Below, in pieces: positions 22,876 to 32,678 of a stretch of 32,678 nt of DNA (positions within the stretch are counted from its first letter, which is position 1; each line of letters opens with the position of its first letter). The notes beneath the pieces are model-generated. The model worked only from the letters and a program-made list of their open reading frames with translations. It was not told where the DNA came from and made no database searches. The translations under genes were made by a program, and so were the position numbers. The stretch comes from Peribolospora baueri. Taxonomy: Eukaryota. The stretch lies in NCBI GenBank assembly GCA_029717555.1, contig JAMDHS010000138.1, positions 1 to 32,678 of the forward strand. The letters are read 5' to 3'.

Positions 22876-25800
22876 ATGTCTTTCGGAGAGCGCGACGGCC
22901 TGTCGCCCTCCGCAGAAGGCCCGTCCCCCTCCGCCGCCGGCCCGTCCCGCTCCTCTGTGCCCTCCACCACCCTCCGACAGCGCGCCGTCTCTCCCACCTC
23001 CCCGGCCAATGACATGGGCGCGTCTGGTTGGAGGTCCGAGGGGAGCGGGAGCGGGAAGGGAAATGACGACGAGGAGGAGGACAGGAGGGCCAACGAGGCC
23101 AAACCTTTGGGAAAGACGTACGACGGCGTAGGTGAGTCGTTCTGGCTTGTGCTCGTTTCTGCCACTACACCCCATCCGCTTACGTCGCACCCTTCGTATT
23201 GCATGCAGTCTTCCAAGTCCCTCACACCTCCGACAATGTCACCTCGGTCTTCTCCCCATTCACGCCCAAGTCGCCCCTCGACCTGCTCACCATCCTTCTC
23301 ACCGTCTCCCAGACCCTCCTCTTCCTCTTCGCCCCTCGCTCCTTTTCCCGCCCTTTCTTTCTCGCCACCTTCATCTTCTTCAGGGCTCTCTACAACGGCG
23401 GCTTGGGGTACGTCTTGAAGAGGCAGAGCAACGAGGGCTGGTTGGTCAAGTGGATCGTCAGGCAAGGCTGGCTCGACGAGAAGAGGAAGCCCAAGGCTAG
23501 GCAGTGGCTCAAGGGACAGTTGAGCATGAAGATGGGTGACGACTACGATTTCGAGGTGCGCCCCGCCCGGCTCTCCTCTGCCTTCCCACGGCGAATCCCT
23601 GGCTGCATCAGCCGCCGCCTCCATGCTCATGTTGCCCCCTCCCTTCCTCCTTACCAAATCAGACCGTTCCGACAGCCTACAACACCTGGCTCATCTTCCG
23701 CTCCTTCGTCGACGTCATCCTCGTCAACGACTTTGTCTCCTACTCCCTCTTTGCCTTTGCCTTTACCCACCTCCCCGCCGGCCACTCCCACTTTTTGAAC
23801 GTCCTAAGATGGATCGGAGGTTGGTTGCTTATCTTTTTTAACTTGTGGGTCAAGATGGACGCCCATCGGGTCGTCAAGGACTATGCTTGGTGAGCTTGGG
23901 CACTCCGATCGTGTTCGCCAGTCAGTCCCCGATGAGTTTGGCGGCCCCGTCCTCACATCGTTTGCCCTTGTACAGGTATTGGGGCGATTGCTTCTTCCGC
24001 CAGATCAACACCTCGCTCCAGTTCGACGGCGTCTACGAGATCGCCCCCGACCCCATGTACAGCATCGGTGAGTGTCGGTGTCCTTTTTTGTCATTTTTTA
24101 GGTCCTCGGCGAGTGCTGGATGTCGCGCTCACCTCAACGACGCTCGCCAGGATATGCCGGCTATTACGGCCTCTCCATGGTCAGCGGAAGCTACACGGGT
24201 GAGTTCGCCGCCGAGCCCAGACCGGTTCACTAACTCGTCCGTCGCTCAATCTTCCCTTCTGCGTCACTCCGCCTGTTCGCCAGTGCTGTACGTGTCCCTG
24301 CTCGCACACGCTAGTCAGTTCGCCTTTTTGGTATTGTTCGAGAGCCCACGTGAGTACCGGAGACGGAAAGCGTTGGCGGTCCGTCGTGCGCGTCGTGAGA
24401 GCTTTGTAGGGCCAACTCGTCGTACCCATCGTCCTCCCGCGCGTCCTCATGTGGACGTCTACAGACATCGAAAAGACCTACGGAAGCCCACGCCCGCTAG
24501 CCCTCCGCGTGCCGCTCCACCCGAACGGCAGAACTCGCTCCGAGTCCGTCTCCTCGACCCCTGCCGACTCTCCCTCCAGGTCTCCCGGCCCTCTCCATGC
24601 TCCCCTGCCGAGCAGCGCGCACTGCGCGGAACGCCGCTCTCTTCCCCCCAGCTTGCCGGCCACGCCGAGCAGCACGGACGGCGAGACGGCCACGGAGACG
24701 GAACTGGAGAGCGTGGATGCCGACATGCCCGTCTTTGACAACTCTGACAATGACTCGCCCGTCGCTACTTCCACCTCTGGCATCGCCGGACGACGCGCGG
24801 GACGTGGTCGCTGGGCGAGCAGCGCCGCCTCGGCTTTCTCCTCTCGTGACGCAACTTCTGGCGCCGGCGGGCCTCGCATCGTGACCGAGATGGCGAGGAG
24901 AGGCAGAAGGAGGAGCAGCGTGGTGACGATGCACGACCTCAACAATAGGTTTTTTAGGAAAGACACTACCGTCGTTGCCAACTTGGACTTGTTCAGGTGA
25001 GAGAGAACCTCTCGAGGCCATGTCCTTTTTTTTCCGCGTCACCTCGGGCGCGTGACTGAACCGCACCTTCTCATTCCCCTCCTGTCCACTCGAAGGGCCA
25101 ACGACTTCCTCCTCACGCTCCTAGTCCTCTACTCGTCCGCGTTCATCTTCCTCCCTGTCAACCTTAGCCGGACGGCCTCGCTAATCCTCTTCACATCGCA
25201 CGCCGTCGCTTGGCGCATCTTCCACTCCTTTGCCCTCGGCGTCGTGCTGCACAAGCAGAGCGAGAGTAAGTGGGTGGTGAGGCACTTTTTGAAACATTAC
25301 TATTACGAGGATTCGGAGAGGGATGCGGTGGACGAGGCGTGGGCGAACTGGAAGGTTGTGTATAACGCAAGCTTGGTCATGACTTATGTGGTGGGTCGTT
25401 AAGGCCGGCGTGTGCACCAAGCCAAGCGTTCATGGCCTTGGCTTGGGCTTTCCGTTCAAATCGCTGAACCCTTTCCATCGTCCTGTCGTACCCCGCACCC
25501 CTTCCCTTGCCGCGGCACTCAGTCCTTCCTCGCTCTGGCTTGGCGGTGCTACGTGCCCATCTCGCACGACTGGACCGTCGGCACCGAGCTTCTGAGACAC
25601 ACCATGGGCATGGTGAGTTCGACGCGACGATCCGTCATCGTCCAGCGCGTATCCCTGACCTTTTGTCCCCGCCTCTCACTTTCACCGTTCGTACTTGTGC
25701 CTCTCTCCCGCTTTCCCCCACCTCCTCGTTCGCACCTCCTTATGATTAGCTCCTGATCGGCCTGCACGTCTGGGCCTCGGTATCTTCATACCGAGTCATC

Positions 25801-27676
25801 GGCCCCGCCGGATGGTTCTATGCCGACTTTTGGCTGCCCGACTTTCCGAATCGGCTCTATTACACTGGCATCTATCGGTGAGTTGAAATTTTTATCTCGT
25901 ACTCCACATGGGTCGGCGTGGGATGGACGGATGGCATGGCGACGAAAGAACGTTGAGCTTATTTATGGCTCTCCCGTCCATTCCAGGTTCGTCAACAATC
26001 CCGAGCGGACGATGGCCTCCGCGGCCTTCTTCGGCATCGTCCTCATCAGCGGCAGCAGGCTCCTGTTCTGCGTCGCCGTCTTCTCCCACCTCTCCCACTG
26101 GCTCTTCCTCAGCAAGGTCGAAAAGTGAGTTAGTTGCCCCCCACCCGGCTCCATCATCCGAACGGTTCGAGGCGAGCGCGTCCTTTGTTCGACGACTCAT
26201 CATCGCCGTCGTTTGGTCGGCTTTGTTCGTATCCGCGGTCTCTCTCTCTCTCTCTTGCGCGCGCGTGTAGCCCGCATATGAAAAAGCTTTACGGCGAGAC
26301 GGCGATCCGAAGAGACGCGGGAATTACCAAGCAGGTCAAGACGTTCGCCGACCGGAACGCAAGACTGTTCATGGCCGCCGCTCCGGCCGTGAAAGAGGTG
26401 CAGGGGACTTTTGAGAAAATGTCCAAGGACACGAGCGAGGTGCTTGGCGAGTTCCTCGTCAGCAAGGCCAAGCCGAGGTTTGAGGGCCTCTTGAAGGACA
26501 CAAAGACGCTGCTGCAGCAAAGCAGGGATAGGCTCGTCATCGTGTGAGTTTTTGGCTTCCTTCGTTCGCCTGCCCTGCTGCGATCGGTAAACGGAGGGAG
26601 GGCATTGGTGTTCGAATTTTTATTGCCCGCTCGCTCGAAATTGATTGACGGATGGCTTGGTTGGTTGGTTGGTTGGTCCTTGCGCAGACGCGTGGCGGAC
26701 GACTTGCACTCGTACGACAAGTCCAAGTACGCGCTCAGCCTCGCCGACGCAGCCCCCGCTTCGCTGGCGCCGGGCAAGCCGTTGCGCGTGCGTCTGGGCG
26801 AGCCGATCCGTGTGCGCTGGCGAGCGGCCGCGTCGCATTCGAGGAGCGACTGGATCGCCATCTACCACGTGGACCGCTTCCTCGCCTCTTCCGTGTCTTC
26901 CCGTCTCGTCACCAAGATTTCCAGCCTGGGCTTTTGGGTGCCGATCCGGGAGGACGAATGGGACGGCGACGCGCCCATAAAGGGAGCATCCGGATCCCGA
27001 TCCGGGTCCCGGTCCGGCGGCGCCGTCGCGAGCGAGCCGAGGGACGTGGAGAGCGATACGGAGGAGGGTGAAGTCGTGTTCAAGGGACGCAGGCTGCCCT
27101 GGCAGACGGGCCGGTACGAGATCAGGTACCATCACGACAGCAAGCATAGCGTCATGGCCATCGCGCCCAACCCGATCGAGATTTACGGTGAGCGCGCGAT
27201 TCTGGAGCGCAAAGGGGAAGACTGGCACGGGTCGCTTAAACGAGGTCGGTGTTTTGCTGAACATTTTATTTTCTTTTCCATCCTGTGTGCCGAACTCGTT
27301 GCCTTCAGTCGATAAACCGAAGGACATGTTGGATTACGACTCTGTGTACTCCATCCTCCTCCGCATCGTCACTTTGTCCCTCGACTCGGACCCCACCCTC
27401 GCGCCTCGATCGGCCGCCAACCTCGATCCGGCTCACATCCGCTTTGACGCCGGCGAGGACGGCAAAGACGAGCGGGACCCGGACGATTTCACGATCATGA
27501 CGGAAGAGCAGGCGCGGCGGATCAGCTACGGCATCGAAGAGGCCTTCGACGTCGAGTACGACACCGAGGTGATCGTCGCCGCCGCCAACGTGGCCAAGCT
27601 GGCCGGGGACGTGCTTGAGGCCAAACAGGTCCTCAGCGCGGACTATCGGCAGGCGCCGCCACCTGGAGACGAGTGA
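22876..27676 (+). CDS. CHO2: Phosphatidylethanolamine N-methyltransferase Cho2, ~1119 aa, 14 exons
   Basis: Exons 22876-23131, 23209-23555, 23663-23889, 23976-24067, 24151-24198, 24284-24349, 24465-24996, 25096-25390, 25523-25612, 25750-25877, 25987-26124, 26271-26543, 26688-27187, 27309-27676. Motifs [114 protein letters not shown] and LPWQTGRYEIRYHHD. Confidence 0.96.
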
Positions 27677-27710
27677 CGGGCGTGGGACGAGTGGCCAATC
27701 GAGAGGCGCG

Positions 27711-27742
27711 GTGCTGGTGTTGGTGCTGGTGCTGGTGCTGGT
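27711..27742. repeat. (TGGTGC)n hexamer microsatellite in the CHO2 3' region
   Basis: gtgctggtgttggtgctggtgctggtgctggt. Confidence 0.8.
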
Positions 27743-28506
27743 TGGATTTTGGCGTACGAAAAAGGGCTTTGCATGGCCGCCCGTTTCCTTACTTCTGTTT
27801 CTTACTACACGTAGAATGCTCTTGTTGCCCTTTCCGCTCCGTCCGTCCGTCCGCCTGTCTCTTATTATTAGGCCCCGCTTGGCCATCACTCTCATCTGCC
27901 CGTCGTCGTCATTGAAAGAACGGGGGGAATGGCGCCGTCGGAAGCGCGTCCGGCCATGTCTTTGTGACAAGATCTCTCATACCCATCTCCGCCTAACATC
28001 TGCGTGGAAAAAAAATTACATCTATCTACCTTGCCACCGTTGCCGCCAGTGTTGGGTAGCTAGCCGCGTCGCTCCCTCCGGTCGATGAACGCGCGACGTC
28101 GATCGCCGTCGTCGATCGGGAACCCCTGAGCGGCGGAGACGTTCGCGGCGAGCGCACGGATCATCCGCCAGAAGCGGTCGTCAGACCGACGCTCACCTCG
28201 ACCACCAACTCCTTCTTCCATAGCCGCTCCCCTTTGTCACGATTCTGCACGACTCACGAACGAAACGAAACGAAACGCCTCACGACTTTGCAACGCCCTC
28301 TCACGAATCGACGACCCTGGGACGATACCTGTGTTCAATCCTCGCGACGGACGTTCGTCCGCCTGCCATACCCCTTCACTTCGGCGCAATCGTTTCAGTC
28401 ACCTTTGCGCTCCAAGAACTGATATCATCTAGCCCCATTTTCTTATTACATTTCGCCAAATCCCGTCCTTCGGACTTTCGCCTCTCCCCCCTCCCCACCC
28501 AAGTCA

Positions 28507-31500
28507 ATGTCACCGTCCTCCGTGCACCCCAGCACTCGAATGGAGAACGTCTCCCCGCCCTCGCCCCCTTCTCGACCCCCTTCCGCGCCCTCCTCCCTTG
28601 CCTCCCGCTTCTCCCATTCCTCTTTATCCGTACGTTCCAGACCGTCGCCCTCAAGCCAGCCTACGCAGGCTCAGCTCGAGCTTGCCGCTCTCCTGGCCAG
28701 CGACGTGGACGAGCTCGAGAGACCTCCAAGGATAGACGATGCCGCTTCTTCGACGACCAGCGCTTTCCGGAGGTGGAGCGTCTCTTCTTCCAACCTCGCC
28801 GTCCCATCGGCTCTGGCGCAAAACAATCGAGACGGGGCGCCTCGGTCGTCCACGCTTTCACCGCCTCCAGCGCCATCATCTTTGCTCGGCAAAGCCGATA
28901 TGACTGGCCCTCCTTCTTTGCCTCTCTTCCCTCTTCCATCTCCACGCTTTCTTGCCGGTGGTGGAATCGCCGTCGGCGACTTTACCAGCTCCACCGCGGC
29001 CTCGCGCGCCGTGCTCACCGGGCCTGATCGCGGCACCGTGCTTCACGAAGTGAAGAGGCTGCGAGAGGCAAAGGCCAAGGAGAGGAAAGCCAAGTGGAGA
29101 GTAGGGGCCGGGTGCATGTGCCTGCTCGTCGGGGTGAGTCTACTAGCGCCCTCTTTGCTGTTCGGCCGAGTCGAGTCGCTTAGGGCCCTCTCGTCTTTCT
29201 CCTCTCTTTCATGCCTTCCGTTTTAGGCTGTGTCCGTCTACTTCGCAGTCCGCTACTTTATTGCTTTCATATTTCTCCGGCCCCGCTCTTCCTCCTCTTC
29301 CCCTACCGGCGTCGCCCTTCCCTGCCCAGACCCGCTCCTGCAGGTCGTTAGCGTGTCCGCGGGCATTCTAGAGGTTGTGTCCGCCACGTGTGCATTCGTG
29401 GTGGGAGCGTATCTGCGCTTGGTGAGTAGCAGCCGTTCTTGTTGAGCAAGCCGTGTCGCATGCGGGCCTGACGTCTTGGTGGTCTTTGCATTTCGTCTTC
29501 AGACCCGCCGTCCACGTCGTTGGTTTCGGATACCCGTCCTTTTTCTGGCTTATCTCTCGGCCGTCGTCACTGTTGTACTAGCGGTGACGAATTTGGCCAT
29601 GATTCTCCTTTGGCATAAGCAGTACTCTTCAAATTCGACGTCTTCCACCTCTTCCTCGTCATCTCTCTTCGCTCTCACACGCTCACCCGACCTCCGCTGT
29701 GGAGCCTGGGATCTTGACCTCACATGGGGCGCCGGCTCCCACTACATCGACGCAGTTCAAAGGGGCGGCTCCGCGTGCTCTTCGTCCATGGAGGAGCAAC
29801 AGAGCTTCAGGATGTTCCTAACCGCCGGCGCAGTCCGTCTCATCTTCTGCCTCTCAGCCTGGGGTCTGCACCTGTTCCTTTTACACCGCTACAACCGCGT
29901 CCTCTCCATCGCGTCCATCGTTGATCCCACCTCGACGCCTTCGACGTCCGCTGAGATCAGAGCGATACTGGACAGGTACAGGAAGAACGGCGTACCGCTC
30001 GATGCCAGACTCGCGGAGGAGCGCAAGGGCCTCGGTCCGGAGTACGCTTATGAGGCGGGCGAGTTTGGGGAACAGATCACGCTGCTGAGGGAGGAGGCTG
30101 AGGAGTCTCATCGGAGGAGGCATCCATCTGCATACGAGGACAACGAGGAGGCGCAAACCCTCGACGCCCCAACGACCGCGCCTTCCGCAGAAGAGGCACC
30201 AGCAACAGCCGGCTGGCTGTCTTGGCTGTTCGGCGGGTTGTCTTCTGTGATCACCAGCTCGCCCTCGCCGTCAACTGACGAGCAGGGCGTCCGCGCTGAC
30301 GACAGCTCTCGTCGGGGCTTGCTTTCGGCGGATGTCGAAGACCCCGACGCGGGAGAAGAGGACGATGCCGTATTCGCGGCCTTCTCCAAGGTCGAAGACC
30401 ACCGGGAACGGCATTCCATGCCTTCGCCTCCCTTCCCACAGCCATCGACCCTCTCGTCCTTTTCTTATTCATCGCACCAATCGATGCCCACGCCCTCGTC
30501 GACGATGATATCTGCTCCCGCGTCCGAGCGTTTGCCCGTCAGTCTTTCACGCCGTCCCGCCGGCGGGAGAAGTTCCTACCACCAACGCACAGCTATCCGA
30601 CGCGTTTCCGCCGGAGCTGCCGAAGGAGACAAGTTCACCGCCTTTTCCAGTCGCTCGAGCGCTCCTGTGGCGGTCCACCAACATGCATCGGTGCGATCGG
30701 CGAGGAGACGTTCGGCACCCCCAGCCATTAGTCGAGTAAGGCCTGTCACCACGGCGACTACGACAGTCGTGGGAAATGCCGTTCCAAACTCGACTTCCCT
30801 TGGCAGCCTGTCGTCGGCGAGGAACTGGCCGGGAGCTCCGAAACTAGAGAGACTGCACTTCCAGCAGGCCTCAGTCGGAGCGACGCTAGCCTCGTCGACA
30901 GGCGAACATGGACTAACGCCGAGGGCAGACTGGGACGTTGCGGGCCTGAGCGCATACGACACGTATGGTGAGGAAGACCATCGAAGCCGAAGGGGTGACG
31001 GGCTCGTCTCGGCCTTCTCTGGGATGTTGGATCGCATCTTTGGCAGTAGCATCTCCACAGCCGAGGGCACGTCTCTGACGTCGGCGTCTGCCGGTCCACC
31101 TGGCCACGCGGTGCGGGTGTCTTCCGACATAGAGAAAGAACCTGGTCATCCACCCCCAGGACCAAGCAAGACGACGGCGCCCACTTCGATGCGTGGTCGT
31201 TCGCCAACTCGACGAGAGGACGCTCCAGAACAGAACGACGGACACGGCCGGACGGCCAGCCAAGAATCACGAGCGAGGGCAAGCAGACATGCTGCCTCTG
31301 CCGCCGCCGCCGCAACGTTCAGGCCTCCGTCGTCATCGCTTCCACCTTCCTTGTTGCCGGCTGCGCCGGCTATCGAGTGGACACCGGGGCCAGACAGGTC
31401 CCTACCACCTCCCCCGCGCAAGAGAACCTCCAGCGCCTCGAGATCCCGCTCGTCGAGTCGGGGCCGCTCGCCTTCCGCTTCTCCCATCATAAAGCAAAAT

Positions 31501-32235
31501 CCCCCCATCCCAGCGACGTCTTCTTCGCTGGGAGCGACGAACGCCCTGACGACACAGACGCAGCCGTCGCAGCGCATAGGCGACAATCTGCCACACCACC
31601 CTTCCTCCTCCTCCTCTCCCTCCATGGCACCTAGAGAACAGAAGCAACAGCTCTTCATAAAACTAGGCCACCACCTCGGTCACGTCGAGCTGCTGAGCAC
31701 CATAGAGTCCATAGGCTCCGCAGAGGAACGCAGCCGATCCCGCTCGGCGAACCTGTCCGGCGCCTCCGGCCTCTCTGGACGCCTCGGATCGTCCGCCCTG
31801 GGACACGAGTCGGGGAAGCTGAGCGGGGAGACGCTCATGGAGGTAAAGGAGGATGAGAACCGGGAACCGCTCCATGACGACGGCGTACCTCTCTGGGAGC
31901 GTATACCACCTCCATCCGACGTCGCCCTCGTCCAACCAGCGTCGTCGGAGTCACATCTCCACACCTCTTCAGATCGGAGCACGAGCATGGTAGGCGGACG
32001 TGGAGGAGAACGACATGAGCGAACCAGCCGGGAACAACAATCAAGACGGGAAGCCCTTACCCTCACCGCCGTGGATGCGCGAAAGGGGAGCGAACGTTGT
32101 TCGTCGGTGTCCCTTCACGAAGACGAGGGCTATGCGGGCATTGTGGCAGCGATCGCTCCAGAAGAGCACGAGCGTGACGAAGGCACGCGCAAAGGCCATC
32201 GCGCCCTACCCGGTGGTTGGGCAGGCTCATGGTAG
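28507..32235 (+). CDS. Uncharacterised 4-TM membrane protein with a long Ser/Pro/Arg-rich tail, ~1184 aa, 3 exons
   Basis: Exons 28507-29133, 29227-29421, 29503-32235 (both introns phase 0, GT-AG). Four hydrophobic segments (..LLVGAVSVYFAVRYFIAFIFL; VVSVSAGILEVVSATCAFVVGAYL; IPVLFLAYLSAVVTVVLAVTNLAMILLW; FLTAGAVRLIFCLSAWGLHLFLL) and a 2.7-kb open last exon. An alternative start is ATG 28540. Confidence 0.8.
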
Positions 32236-32678
32236 CTAGGGTCAATTGCGTCTTTCAGCTTGGTCAATCCCACGCTCAGCAAGGTGTATGTATGGACGAG
32301 AGTAGCGCCCCCTCAAAAGGACGCAAGAACACTGCGGACAATAATTCTTTCTTTCCCCAGTAGCCAATTTTGACCGTCGCTTCTTACCGGACGAGCCGAT
32401 ACGGAAGACTGGCGCGGCCAGCGTTTCGAAGAAAAAAAGCGTATAAGAAAATGAAAATGAAAGAGGGCGCGAGAAGCACAAAGAAAACGTACGGGAACGA
32501 AACGGATGGGGCTATAGGGCTACAATGACAAGAGCGGTTGCGAACAAGGCATGCGAATTGAAGCGGAGGTGGGGGGCAGACGATGGCCATAAGACGTACG
32601 GCGGAGGGCGAGACCAAGCAAGGTGACCATAAATACAAGGAGAAAACCGGAGGAAAGTCCAATCGCGGGAGAAAAAAA

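Noticed and set aside
27674..27679. TGA-CGG stop context (also at the amidohydrolase stop), suggesting readthrough to a cryptic peroxisomal signal
   Set aside because: The in-frame extensions end ...SYYT* and ...WLVG*, with no PTS1-like tripeptide.
160..32235. Whole window as a biosynthetic or co-functional gene cluster
   Set aside because: No PKS, NRPS, terpene synthase or RiPP precursor. The genes cover unrelated functions (ribosome biogenesis, MAPK signalling, phospholipid synthesis, metal uptake).

Overview
Intron-dense (~60% GC by eye) eukaryotic DNA, most likely from a basidiomycete fungus. The lineage is inferred from the DUF6534-type protein, the HOG1/CHO2/NOC2 sequences, GTRAGY-type donors, CTRAC branch sites and ~70-250 nt introns. 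I rebuilt eight spliced genes by hand, each with a summed exon length divisible by 3 and a continuous frame: an amidohydrolase-3/YtcJ-like protein (-), a DUF6534-type multi-TM protein (+), a ferric/cupric reductase (-), NOC2 (-), a small secreted Ala/Gly-rich protein (-), the HOG1 MAPK (+), the CHO2 PE N-methyltransferase (+) and an uncharacterised 4-TM protein with a long low-complexity tail (+). I saw no rRNA, tRNA, CRISPR array, transposase/RT or secondary-metabolite core gene. It looks like ordinary gene-dense euchromatin rather than a new multi-gene system. The notable details are fine-scale: an intron-split start codon, a 6-nt micro-exon carrying a conserved Asp-Gly, a Ctr-like Met motif on the reductase, an open frame behind the secreted gene's stop, and an orphan tetraspan protein with an SH3-ligand motif near HOG1. 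All exon coordinates are manual predictions without RNA evidence.
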